From: an uncultured Chthoniobacterales bacterium
GTDB taxonomy: Bacteria > Verrucomicrobiota > Verrucomicrobiia > Chthoniobacterales > SZAS-18
Assembly: GCA_964246635.1 (NCBI GenBank)
Contig: CAXTRS010000002.1
Location: 15,066 to 47,065 of the forward strand
Length of the DNA stretch: 32,000 bases
Direction: 5' to 3'
In this document: one piece after another, positions 1-9,202 of the stretch
Numbering within the stretch: position 1 is the stretch's first letter
Layout of the letters: each line of letters starts with the position of its first letter
Made by a program: the position numbers and the translations under genes
The notes under the pieces: generated by a model
Seen by the model: the letters and a program-made list of their open reading frames with translations, nothing else
What the model was told of the DNA's origin: nothing
The model's database searches: none

Positions 1-825
1 CGGACTGGATGGCTTGGCGATCAGCGGCTCGAGCTGGGCGAGGTCGATCTCCTCGTGCACGTCGTAGCTGGCGCCGGGATCGGCCGCGAGCGGCGTCCAG
101 TCTGCTTCCCGACCTTGGTCGCGCAGGAAGCGCCGCGTCACCTCGTCGGACGCAAACACGCTGGTCGTCGCGCCAAGTTCCGCCCCCATGTTCGCGATGA
201 CGTGACGGTCCATCGCCGACAAGCTCGCGAGGCCGGGACCGTGGTATTCGATGATGCGCCCGAAGCCGCCCTCGACTCCATGCCGGCGCAGCATTTCCAA
301 GATCACGTCTTTGGCGCTCACCCAGTCCGGCAGCTTGCCGGTGAGTTTCACGCCCCAGATTTGGGGCATGCGCAGGTGCAGCGGCTCGCCCGCCATCGCG
401 AGCGCGACTTCCACTCCGCCAGCCCCAAACGCGAGCATCCCGAGCGAGCCGGCCGCAGGCGTGTGGCTGTCCGAGCCGACCAACGTCAGCCCCGGCTTGC
501 CGAAGTGCTGCATGTGCACGGGATGGCTGATGCCATTGCCCGGCCGGCTATACCAGACGCCAAACCGCCGGCACGCGCTGCGCAGAAACAGGTGCTCGTC
601 CGCGTTAAGGTGATCGTTCTGGACAAGGTTGTGATCGACATATTGGGCGGCCAGGTCAACCTTCACCCGCTCGATGCCCATCGCCTCCAATTCGAGCATC
701 ACCAGCGTGCCGAGCACGTCCTGCAGGAGGGTCTGATTGACGGCGAGCGCAATTTCGTCTCCGGGGGTCAAGCCCCCATGGACGAGATGCGAGCGGACAA
801 GTTTTTGGGCGAGATTCCAAGCCAC
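1..825 (-). CDS. aconitase-family (aconitate hydratase-like) protein, N-terminal part; 3' end lies outside the window
   Basis: The minus-strand frame is open from nt 1. It is absent from the ORF track because it runs off the edge. Translation: MAWNLAQKLVRSHLVHGGLTPGDEIALAVNQTLLQD...VWYSRPGNGISHPVHMQHFGKPGLTLVGSDSHTPAAGSLGMLAFGAGGVEVALAMAGEP...IDLAQLEPLIAKPSSP, with the aconitase GSDSHT and Fe-S region signatures. The GTG start at 825 is tentative. Plus-strand ORF 55..900 is its antisense shadow. Confidence 0.8.
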   Translation of the reverse strand, partial: MAWNLAQKLVRSHLVHGGLTPGDEIALAVNQTLLQDVLGTLVMLELEAMGIERVKVDLAAQYVDHNLVQNDHLNADEHLFLRSACRRFGVWYSRPGNGISHPVHMQHFGKPGLTLVGSDSHTPAAGSLGMLAFGAGGVEVALAMAGEPLHLRMPQIWGVKLTGKLPDWVSAKDVILEMLRRHGVEGGFGRIIEYHGPGLASLSAMDRHVIANMGAELGATTSVFASDEVTRRFLRDQGREADWTPLAADPGASYDVHEEIDLAQLEPLIAKPSSP

Positions 826-1191
826 GGCGGCACGCTCTCCAAAAGGGGGGAAAATAGATCGGCTCTGGCGCAACTGCCTGTTAACGCGCTTTTGAAATGA
901 TACGAGCCAGGCAGCCAATTCGGCTCCCTCCTCGTATTCGCCTTCTCAGTGGACGGATCTTGTCCGTTGTGGATGTGGTGCTTTGCCTTGCGCCTCGACC
1001 GATTTCCCTCTGCGTTGCAACCCGAATGGAAAACGCGCGATTCGCTACCGTGTCGAATTAGGTGTTGCGGGCATTCCATGTTGCTTTGAGAAAGCCAATG
1101 ACCAGCGCGTGCATCTTGCCCGCCCGAGCGCAGCAGCACCAACCGCAGGGCAGCACCATGCCCAAGCAGCATTCGCGCTCGCTCCGCGGCT

Positions 1192-1545
1192 CTATTCATC
1201 GCATTGCGGCTGCGCTTGTGTCCTCAGTGCATTCACGCCTATCTCGCTGAGCAAGAAGACGGCCTCGGTGTAAGTCTCGATTAGCGCGAGGATTTTCTCG
1301 CGCGGTCCTTGTCGCCAGGCGGCCGAAGCGTAGAAACGTTCCTCCGCCTGCCGGCGATGCTCGCGGTCATCAAAGCAGCGGATCAAGTAATAGCTGTCGG
1401 CCTCTCCCACCGACGGCCCGAAGCTCACCACGTCGATGCCGGCAGCGGCAAGGAGCGGCATGGCGTCGTGGGCGAAGAGGGCGTGAAAGTCTGCCCTTCT
1501 CCCGGAGTGGAGCCGGTAGGAGCGAACCTCGACGAGCTTTGTCAT
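1192..1545 (-). CDS. NIPSNAP-like (dimeric alpha/beta-barrel) family protein
   Basis: Based on ORF 1192..1566, with the start moved to ATG 1545 (MTKLVEVRSYRLHSGRRADFHALF...). The VE(V/L)RxYxLxxG N-terminus and ~117 aa size are typical of NIPSNAP proteins. Confidence 0.55.
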   Translation of the reverse strand: MTKLVEVRSYRLHSGRRADFHALFAHDAMPLLAAAGIDVVSFGPSVGEADSYYLIRCFDDREHRRQAEERFYASAAWRQGPREKILALIETYTEAVFLLSEIGVNALRTQAQPQCDE

Positions 1546-1761
1546 TGCTCGCAAAGTGTAGCCCAAAGATCAAGCAGGCGGCATCGCAAAGCATTGGCTT
1601 CTGATCTTCATGCTGAGAGTGCCCGCTGTGCTGATGTCGCCTATGTAAACACCGCTGTATCCCCAAGCGGCGACGGTCCACTTCAGTTGGAGGACGCGTG
1701 CTGCCTTCCCAAGGGTAGGGTCATGCCTCCGGCCGTCCCTATCCATTTGTCCCGATTGCCA

Positions 1762-2391
1762 TCAGTCACCCGCTAGTTCGGCGGTGATCCGCAGGAAGCG
1801 CTGGGGCTGGCTGGTAGTAGTCTCGACATCGGCGACGGTAACCGCCCCGGTGGTGGCGTTGTCCGTGACGCTCACACTGGAAGCGGTAGTCCACGCACCA
1901 CCGCCGATCTTCGTGGCGAGGGTCGTCCAACTGCTGCCGGTCACCAACGTGTTGGAGGCCAAGACCCGCAGCGTCAGCTTGGGGTCGGGTTGCAAGACGC
2001 GGCTGAAGGAGAGGGTCAGCCGGTTGGCGTCCACTCCGACCACGTAAGCGGGTGTGTTTTGCGCCAGCGTGGGGTCTTTGGCCAGCGCGTATTCCAGCAG
2101 GTTGACCAAGCCGTCGTAATCGTAGTCGGCCGTCGGGGCCGCGTCCGGCGAGCTGGCTTGGGCGTCGAAGTATTGCTGCTGCCACCGGCCGAACGCGCCG
2201 GCGTTGGGGCTAGAGATCGTCACGTTCGCCTGCGTCGTGGCGCCGAGCGTGTAATTGGCGTTAGCGGAAACTTGAAGCGTGACGACGGTGTTGTCCCGCG
2301 CGCTGGACAAAGCGTTCACCATGACCGTGGCGGAAGCGACGCCATCGGGGATCGTCACTGTGCCCGGCAAGGCGGCGTAGTCCGTTCCGCC
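1762..2391 (-). pseudogene. C-terminal fragment of a large secreted repeat protein, 5'-truncated by an IS3 fragment
   Basis: The frame of ORF 1762..2370 stays open upstream to 2391 (GGTDYAALPGTVTIPDGVASATV..., Calx-beta-like). It then stops exactly where the IS3 OrfB-like sequence begins (2392). It contains the DYDYDGLVNLLEYALAKDP motif. No start codon or N-terminal signal is present. Confidence 0.6.
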
Positions 2392-3135
2392 TCAGCACGG
2401 CAGAAGCGCTTGCTCAAACGGCTGCGCGAGTTGTCCGAGGCGCACCCACGCTACGGCTACCGGCGGATCGCGGCGGTGTTGCGGCAGGAAGGCTGTAACG
2501 TTGGCAGGCGCCAAGTCCAGCGGCTCCGACGCGCCGAAGGGCTGCGCGTGCCGCCTACCCGGCGCAAGCTCGTGCGCAGAGGCGGCTCGACTGGCTTGCC
2601 CACCAAAGTACTGCACCGTGGGCACGTCTGGACGTGGGACTTCGTTTCGGACGCCATCGTGCGCGGCGGGACCATCAGGATGCTCACGATCCTCGACGAG
2701 CACACCCGTGAGTGTCATGTGCTCCGGGCCGACCGGGCGCTACGGGCCGCTGATGTGCTCGCCTGGCTGGAGCGGGCGATCAGGGAGCACGGTGCGCCTG
2801 ATTACCTACGCTCGGATAACGGCTTGGAGTTCATCGCCAGAGAGGTGCAGCGCTGGCTGGCAGAGAAGAAGATCAAGACCATCTACATTGATCCCGGCAG
2901 CCCCTGGCAAAACGGTTTTGTGGAGAGCTTCCACGGGCGCTTCCGTGACGAGTGCCTCAACCGCGAGCAACTCTAGACGCTCTCCGAGGCCAGAGTCGTC
3001 ATCGAGGACTACCGCCAGCACTACAATCATCTTCGGCCCCACAGCCGGCTGGGCTACTTAAGCCCGGCACGCTTTGCGGCCAATGGACAACCGAACAACC
3101 CAAACCTACACTCAGAAAACCACCGGCCCGACTAA
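2392..3135 (+). pseudogene. IS3-family transposase OrfB (rve/DDE integrase core) remnant; OrfA missing, in-frame TAG at 2974
   Basis: Translation: SARQKRLLKRLRELSEAHPRYGYRRIAAVLRQEGCNVGRRQVQRL...WTWDFVSD...LTILDEHTRECH...YLRSDNGLEFIA...IDPGSPWQNGFVESFHGRFRDECLNREQL*TLSEARVVIEDYRQHYNHLRPHSRLGYLSPARF. The same frame continues past TAG 2974..2976 to TAA 3133..3135. In ORF 1990..2976 this sequence is fused to antisense sequence of the neighbouring gene. Confidence 0.8.
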
Positions 3136-3235
3136 CTCTGCCTCTGGCTCGAAAAGGTGCGTCCGCTCAGCATCAATTTACACGACAGCGTTAAGATTGA
3201 GCTGACGCACCTTTCTGAGCCAGAGGCAGAGTTAG
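3132..3235. repeat. 38-bp imperfect inverted repeat pair (3132..3169 and 3198..3235, 35/38 match) with a 28-bp spacer; IS3-type terminal IR plus a solo copy
   Basis: Copy 1 is CTAACTCTGCCTCTGGCTCGAAAAGGTGCGTCCGCTCA. The reverse complement of copy 2 is CTAACTCTGCCTCTGGCTCAGAAAGGTGCGTCAGCTCA. The outer ends read ...CA and TG..., as at IS3-family termini. Copy 1 starts at the transposase stop codon. Confidence 0.7.
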
Positions 3236-3428
3236 CACCGATCATTTCGGCTTCATCGCCCAGGAGATCGGCGCATTCAGCGTGGATGCGCGTGGCCCTC
3301 AAGCTCACCGCTGGCCATGGCAATGACACGTCATTCATTGACAGCCGTCTGATGATCGGGGCGATTGGCGATGTTCTGGTGCATGAAGTCTGAGCCTCCT
3401 TCAGACCCCTTCAACGCACGCAGCCATC

Positions 3429-3800
3429 TCATCCTGACGGTCGCAGGGCTTTCCTGCGGCCCTTTATGAGCTTCTGCGCCATATCCACGCTCACTCCGAG
3501 CAGGCTGGCGAGATCGCGCACCGTGTTCGATGCCGTCTTCCATGCCGCGAGCGCGGCACGTGCAGTGGGGCTCAGGCGCATCACCGGCCGAGCTTCGCGC
3601 CGCGCCTTGGCTGCATCCAAGCCGGCGTTGTTGCGCTCACTAATCAGGCTATGCTCAAACTCCGCGACCGCCATCAGGATGTGCATTGCAGTCGGCCCGA
3701 GGAGTTGTCTAGGCTCGTGTCGATGCCTTGGGTCGTGGCGATCGATGCGGCCTTGTTCGTGCCCGGCTCGCCGATGAGCTGCGCGAGGTCTTCGGCGAGA
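3429..3800 (-). pseudogene. serine recombinase (resolvase/invertase) remnant, frameshifted and lacking the catalytic N-terminus
   Basis: The C-terminal part of ORF 3429..4025 reads ...MHILMAVAEFEHSLISERNNAGLDAAKARREARPV...VRDLASLLGVSVDMAQKLIKG, which is the resolvase E-helix plus HTH. An adjacent frame gives LAEDLAQLIGEPGTNKAASIATTQGIDTSLDNSSGRL, the preceding resolvase segment. No Ser-active-site region is present. Confidence 0.6.
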
Positions 3801-3882
3801 GAGTAACGGACCGATGATGCTAACGATAGAGAAGTGTAAAAAGTTCTTTAATGTTTGAATGGAACTCCATAAAATATTCTTC

Positions 3883-5511
3883 ATGAGCACTCCCCTTCGT
3901 TCCTTCGGTTGGCGTGCCGTCGCCTCGTTGTGCGCGCTTTCAGCGGCCTTGGTCGCGCGCCCATTCGCCGCCAGTGCGGCCGATTCCAAATCCGGCGCTG
4001 GCACTGTCATTACGAACGGCACCAATACCGTGCGTCATCCTCCTCCGCGCACCGCGGAAGACACTAATGCAGTCGGCACGTCTGCCCAGGCTGCGGACGA
4101 TAATATCCACAACTCCCTTCTATCCGAGGAAAAGCAAAATATTGCCTACCGATGGCTGAATATCACGGAGGAAGTTACAGCCCGGGACGTTGATCGCGTG
4201 GGTGCCCGGCCCACGATCATTTCTCGGCAAATGGCGATCTGGGCTACCTCCATGTATGACGCGTGGGCCTGCTATGATGAGAAAGCGGTCGGCTCGCGCC
4301 TCGGCGGCAAGTTGCGACGCCCGGCGAAGGAACGCACGCTCGAGAACAAGAAAAAGGCGATGAGCTACGCGTCGTATTATGCGCTGCTCGATCTGTTCAG
4401 CGCGGACAAGGCATACCTGGGCGCGGAGATGAAGAAGCTCGGCTATGATCCCGAAGTAAAGTCCACCGATCCGAAAAAGCCCGAGGGCGTTGGCTTCCTC
4501 TGCGCGCAGGCGGTCATCGACTACCGGCATCACGATGAGGCTAATCAGCTTGGCGACGAGCCTGGCAGCGATGGCAAGCCGTATTCCGATTTTACTTTCT
4601 ACAAGCTCGTCAACACGGTGGACAAGGTCGTCGATCCGAATCGCTGGCAGCCCATTACTTTCACCAAGCCTGACGGCAGCAAGGTGACTCTCGGTTTTCT
4701 TACGCCGCACTGGTATCGGGTAAAGCCCTTCATCCTCGAGCGTTCCGACCAGTTCCGACCCGGTCCGCCGCCTACGACACAAACGCCCGATGATGCCCTG
4801 AAAAAGGAAACCGATCAGGTTCTGGCTTACAACGCCAACCTTACGAACGAGCAAAAGGCCATCGTAGAGTTTATGCGCGACGGTCCGCGTTCGACCGCGC
4901 AAAGCGGCCATTGGCTGCGGTTCGCGCAGGACGTTTCCAAACGCGATCGGCACGGTCTCGACGCGGATGTGAAGCTTTATTTTGTGATCGCGAACACGGC
5001 TTTTGATGCTTTTATCTCGTGTTGGGAAACCAAACGCTATTACGATTCTTCGCGCCCATGGACGCTGATTCGACACTACCGTGCGGGCGAAAAGATCACG
5101 GCTTGGGCTGGCCCGGGAGGAGGGGTCAAGGAAATGCCCACAGAGGATTGGCGTCCTTATTCGCCGGAAAACTTCATCACACCGCCTTTCCCCGGTTATA
5201 CCAGTGGCCACGCCACCGTCAGCGGAGCCTGCGCGAAGATGCTCGAATTGTTCACGGGCAGCGACAAGTTTGGCTTCGTCGCTCACCGCAACTGCTGCGA
5301 GCTCACCGAGAAAGACGCCGGCCCTAAGCTAGTCCTCGAACTTCCGACCTTTAACGGCACCGCGGACATGGCAGCTTTGTCGCGTGCCTTGGGCGGCTAT
5401 CACATCCCGACGGATAACAATGTCGGCCTGAAAGTAGGTCGCGAGCTTGCCACTTGGAGCTGGCCGAAATACCAAGCCTACTTCAACGGAACGGCAACGG
5501 TCCGGCCATAA
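3883..5511 (+). CDS. secreted PAP2-superfamily / vanadium-dependent haloperoxidase-like protein
   Basis: Based on ORF 3859..5511; the start is probably ATG 3883. The signal-peptide-like N-terminus is MSTPLRSFGWRAVASLCALSAALVARPFAASA. The tripartite PAP2/V-haloperoxidase motif is present: KRYYDSSRP (KX6RP), YTSGHAT (PSGH-like) and SRALGGYHIPTD (SRX5HX3D). The upstream region is AT-rich. Confidence 0.7.
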   Translation: MSTPLRSFGWRAVASLCALSAALVARPFAASAADSKSGAGTVITNGTNTVRHPPPRTAEDTNAVGTSAQAADDNIHNSLLSEEKQNIAYRWLNITEEVTARDVDRVGARPTIISRQMAIWATSMYDAWACYDEKAVGSRLGGKLRRPAKERTLENKKKAMSYASYYALLDLFSADKAYLGAEMKKLGYDPEVKSTDPKKPEGVGFLCAQAVIDYRHHDEANQLGDEPGSDGKPYSDFTFYKLVNTVDKVVDPNRWQPITFTKPDGSKVTLGFLTPHWYRVKPFILERSDQFRPGPPPTTQTPDDALKKETDQVLAYNANLTNEQKAIVEFMRDGPRSTAQSGHWLRFAQDVSKRDRHGLDADVKLYFVIANTAFDAFISCWETKRYYDSSRPWTLIRHYRAGEKITAWAGPGGGVKEMPTEDWRPYSPENFITPPFPGYTSGHATVSGACAKMLELFTGSDKFGFVAHRNCCELTEKDAGPKLVLELPTFNGTADMAALSRALGGYHIPTDNNVGLKVGRELATWSWPKYQAYFNGTATVRP

Positions 5512-5584
5512 GTTCGTCGTGAGCGCGAGAGCGCGACTTTGGCTGGAGTGGACTTTTCGTGTTGCAGTCCGCATGGAGTAGGTC

Positions 5585-5889
5585 GGACATGGAGGCAGAG
5601 CCACCCCTCAGCGGTAGCGCTGTAGGTAAGATCGGCCAGCCGATTCGACGCGATCGGGTAGAAGTGGCGGCTGTCGGTGGTCTTGGGTCGGAAGCGGCGT
5701 TTCTGCTGCGCACACAGGCCGCGGCCGCCCATCAGGCGGGCGACCCGCTGCCGGCCCAGCGCGCACGCCGGCCCGACGCAACAAGGCCACTGTGAGCCGC
5801 GGGCTGCCCAAGGTGCGCCGGCTGGCCTCGGAAGAGTTCAGCTCAACTGGGCGCCGATCTGTGCGTTTCGATTGCGTTGTTCCCATCAA
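5585..5889 (-). pseudogene. second, unrelated IS3-family OrfB N-terminal remnant (frameshifted, internally deleted)
   Basis: Two minus-strand frames together give ...SRRTLGSPRLTVALLRRAGVRAG... then ...GRGLCAQQKRRFRPKTTDSRHFYPIASNRLADLTYSATAEGWL. This matches the YGSPRI...RVARLM...TTDS.H...N.L...DITY pattern of IS3 OrfB. The DDE core is absent. Confidence 0.5.
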
Positions 5890-5928
5890 CGGTTGTGCTC
5901 AGTTGTCGCACATCCGCCGGTCCACTTT

Positions 5929-7159
5929 TGGTTCTTCCGCACTTTGTGTGGATTCAGGAGGTGAGGAGCAGCCGACGGCGCAGGAGATCGAACTTGGCGC
6001 GTCCGTACATCTGACGCTTGAGCAGCTTGAGCTTGTTGATGTGGCCTTCGGTCTGGCCGTTGCTCCAGCCGGTCGTCATCCAACCACGGGATGAACGGGT
6101 CGAGCCTGCTCGGTCCCGGTGCGCGCACCGCACGTTCCGGGAAGCTCTCGGCGCGGGCGAAGCGGCGCACGGTGGCCCGGGCCAGACCGGTGGCTTTTTT
6201 GATGGCGCGCAGCGACTCTCCGGCCTGCTGACGGAAGCGCACTTCTTCGTACCATGTCAGCCAGCGTGCCCGGCTGGCCGCCGACGCGGCCTGCGCGGTT
6301 CGGTCGCGTGGGAAGGCGCCGGTGCGGACACTACGGCGTGGCGGGCAGGCTGCCGCCGCTACGAGCAACCGGCGCAGCCGCCCGTACACGCCAAAGAGCC
6401 AGCGCATGAGCATCTCGCGGGTGTTTTTAAGGAGGTGCCAACGGTCGGCGACCTGTACGGCGCGGGGCGCACCCAACTCCACGCCGCGCGCGAACTCAGT
6501 GGAGCGGTCGCGGGCAACCACCTTGACGTGGCGGCGGCGCGGGCGCAGCCAGGCGGCCAGGGTCTCGGCGCGGCGATCCGGCAGCAGGTCTACCGCGCGC
6601 CGAGCCTCCAGATCGACGAGTATCGCGCCATACGTGATCCCGCGCCTGAACGACCAATCGTCCACGCCCAAGGCGGTCGGCGTCGGGTCGGACGCCAACG
6701 GTAGGGCACGGACCAATCGCAAAAGCGTGTCGGCGCTCGTAGGCATCGCCAGCCGGGGTAGCAGTCGTGCACCGGCTTCGCCTCCGAGGGCCGTCGCCAC
6801 CGCGCCCTGCGCCGCCGCCAGTCGGCGGGTGCGGACGGCGATCAAACCGGGGAAGCGTTCGCCAAAGGTGCGGTGCTCGCAAGTAGGGTTGTGGCAGCGA
6901 AAGCGACGCACACGCAGAGCGATCTGTACGGACCGTCCCAGCAAGGGCAGGTCGGCCGGTCGGCGCTGGTAACTGCCGTGGCCGGCCTCGCTCCAAACCC
7001 CGCAGACCGGACAACGCGCACCGTCGCGCACGCCACGCGCTTCCAGTTGCAGGTCGGACAGTTCGATCCGGTGGATGCGTTCGATGCGACAACCCGGCAG
7101 AAGATGAAAAGCGTTCATCTCCTACCATCCCTGAATCCACACAAAGTGCGGAAGAACCA
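5929..7159 (-). mobile_element. ISL3-family insertion sequence (1231 bp) with perfect 30-bp terminal inverted repeats
   Basis: The left IR TGGTTCTTCCGCACTTTGTGTGGATTCAGG (5929..5958) equals the reverse complement of 7130..7159. An 8-bp direct repeat CCACTTTT lies at 5922..5929 and 7157..7164 and overlaps the outermost IR bases. The element carries an ISL3-type transposase gene. Confidence 0.85.
5954..7118 (-). pseudogene. ISL3-family transposase with an internal deletion/frameshift near the C-terminus
   Basis: ORF 5886..7118 has a zinc-finger-like N-terminus (CPVCG...CHNPTCEHRTF), GVDDWSF, VVARDRSTEF and ADRWHLLKN. After ...LDPFIPWLDDD the conserved C-terminus WSNGQTEGHINKLKLLKRQMYGRAKFDLLRRRLLLTS* sits in another frame, with its stop TGA at 5954..5956 inside the IR. 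The usual ~100 aa between these segments is missing. Confidence 0.75.
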
Positions 7160-7222
7160 CTTTTTCCGGGCAAGATCAGTATTACCAGGAAGCGGCTGCC
7201 CCTGCTTTTGAATGCACGGAAA

Positions 7223-9181
7223 TCAAATCGTGCGCTTGTCTCCGGTTTTCGGCAGCATTCGCAAATCGCCCTGCCGTCTCGTCACCCCTTCTCGATCGAG
7301 ACGCTCTAGAAATGGCACCAGAATGCGGCGTGTGGTTCCAAGCGCCTGACGTAGTTCACTGGTTGTTGAAGCGCCATGTGCCTGCAGGTGTCGAAGGACT
7401 GCCGCGCGCATGCGCACAAAGCTGGCTGCCGAGAGCACAACCTCGGCGGTGAGTTCCACGGCCTCGCCGGCCTGCACCAAAAAGCGTAGCGCGCTTTGCG
7501 TCAGCGCGTCAGGTGCCAGGACAGCACGCGAAGCTGGCTCGAGAGGTTTTTCCATCAATGCCGCGCGCACGCGAGCCGCCGCAGCTTGCAAATTGGTCGG
7601 CAGGGCGGGGTGATGATCGGCGCGCCGGATTACCGTGTGATTGACGGTGAAGCCTTGCGTCGCTTGCATGTCGGCGATCAAGGCATTGGTCCATCGCACC
7701 GGTGAGCGCCAGGCTTTCGTCAGTGCGTGCTGTAGCTCGAGCAAAGGCAGGCCGGCGCGTTCTGGGTGCTGGCGATGTGCGGTGTCAATAAGCGCGGCGG
7801 CGCATTCGCGCTGAGTCCGCCACCAAGGTCCGTCGGCGGCCAGTGTCGAATTCAAAAAGATCTGGTTGTTCGCGTGCATCTCGCGCAAAGCGGCGGCAAT
7901 CTCAGCGGCGGAAAATCGAGATTGCACGAGCAAGCTCTCGCGGAGGGCAACTCGGTCGCGAGTGAGCTGGGTTGCGAGGAAGACAACCACATTGTCCGAC
8001 GCTTCTGCGCGGCGTTGGAGGAGAGTTCGGCGTGTCGCGGCGCGCCAGCCACGCCGGCTGGTGGCAGGTTCCAAGACGGTGCCCCCGGCGAGGGTCGTCC
8101 GGCCGGAGGCGTCGCGCACAATGAAACGGTCGCCCGCAAAGGCAAAGATCGGTGTGTCCAAACGGACTTGAGCAATGTCCCGCTCCGCCGGGGGGAGCGT
8201 CGCTCGATCCAGCAGAAAAACTCGCGCCGCGTAGCTGCCGCTGCCGAGATGAATGCGCACGCCGCTGCCGCTTTTCAAGAGGGGACCGGTGCTCCCAACC
8301 CGCGCGGAGCGAACGAGCTGCGCGTCGAGGGTATCACTCGATCCGCCCAGCGAAGCGAGCGTGACGACATGCCCGCGACGCAGCGCGCCAGGTTCCGCGA
8401 CGTCGGCGGACAAGTCGGGCAGATTGAGAGCTACGCGGCTGCCGGGTTGACCGGCTTCCACCTCGCGGCGGTAGCTCTGCACGCTGCGCACGCGCGTTGT
8501 GCGACCGCTTGGTTGAACCACGACGTTTTGCCCGCGGCCCAACGAACCGCCGCTGAGCGTGCCGGTGACCACTGTGCCGACTCCACGCAGGGCGAACACG
8601 CGGTCGATTGGCAGGCGCGGCTTGCCGATGTCGTGTGCCGATGGAACGTGCGCGAGCACTCGCGCGAGCGTTGCACGGAGCGGCTCCAATCCGATGTGCT
8701 TGATGCTGGAAACCGGCACGATGGGAGCACCGTGCAGCGAGCTGCCGGCGAGATGGTGTCGAATAGCATCGCTGGTCTCGACGATCCGCTGCGACGTCAC
8801 GAGATCAATTTTCGTCAATGCAATGACGCCGAAACGGACCGCGAGATAATCGAGAATTTGCAGGTGTTCCTCGCTTTGCGGCATCCAGCCATCATCAGCG
8901 GCGACGACGAAGAGCGCGACATCCACCGCGCCCACGCCGGCGACCATGTTTTTGATGAAATCCTCGTGCCCTGGCACATCGACGATGCCGACACGAAAGA
9001 TTTTGTTCGCATCGTTTTGCGCCGGAAGATCAAGGTGCGCAAAACCGAGATCGATCGTGATCCCGCGTTTTTTTTCCTCGGGGAGCCGATCGGGGTTGAT
9101 CCCGGTGAGTGCCTGGACGAGCGCACTCTTGCCGTGATCGATGTGCCCGGCGGTGGCAAGGATGAAAAATTGGTCGATCAT
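7223..9181 (-). CDS. selB: selenocysteine-specific translation elongation factor SelB
   Basis: 652 aa. The GTPase motifs are AGHIDHGKSALVQALTG, DVPGHEDF and TKIDL. A long C-terminal winged-helix extension is typical of SelB. The gene lies in an operon with selA, selD and tRNA-Sec. Confidence 0.93.
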   Translation of the reverse strand: MIDQFFILATAGHIDHGKSALVQALTGINPDRLPEEKKRGITIDLGFAHLDLPAQNDANKIFRVGIVDVPGHEDFIKNMVAGVGAVDVALFVVAADDGWMPQSEEHLQILDYLAVRFGVIALTKIDLVTSQRIVETSDAIRHHLAGSSLHGAPIVPVSSIKHIGLEPLRATLARVLAHVPSAHDIGKPRLPIDRVFALRGVGTVVTGTLSGGSLGRGQNVVVQPSGRTTRVRSVQSYRREVEAGQPGSRVALNLPDLSADVAEPGALRRGHVVTLASLGGSSDTLDAQLVRSARVGSTGPLLKSGSGVRIHLGSGSYAARVFLLDRATLPPAERDIAQVRLDTPIFAFAGDRFIVRDASGRTTLAGGTVLEPATSRRGWRAATRRTLLQRRAEASDNVVVFLATQLTRDRVALRESLLVQSRFSAAEIAAALREMHANNQIFLNSTLAADGPWWRTQRECAAALIDTAHRQHPERAGLPLLELQHALTKAWRSPVRWTNALIADMQATQGFTVNHTVIRRADHHPALPTNLQAAAARVRAALMEKPLEPASRAVLAPDALTQSALRFLVQAGEAVELTAEVVLSAASFVRMRAAVLRHLQAHGASTTSELRQALGTTRRILVPFLERLDREGVTRRQGDLRMLPKTGDKRTI

Positions 9182-9202
9182 CCCGGCGCGCCGGACGGCG
9201 AT

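Noticed and set aside
55-900. 281-aa plus-strand ORF (and 251..613)
   Set aside because: It is antisense to a clear aconitase-family reading frame on the minus strand. The translation is Arg/Ala/Pro-rich with no recognisable motifs, as expected of a high-GC shadow ORF.
1990-2976. 328-aa plus-strand ORF taken as one gene
   Set aside because: It is a chimera. Its first ~134 codons are antisense to the truncated surface-protein gene. Only the part from 2392 onward is IS3 OrfB-like.
4120-5286. 388-aa minus-strand ORF
   Set aside because: It is antisense to the PAP2/V-haloperoxidase-like gene, which has the complete tripartite motif and a signal peptide.
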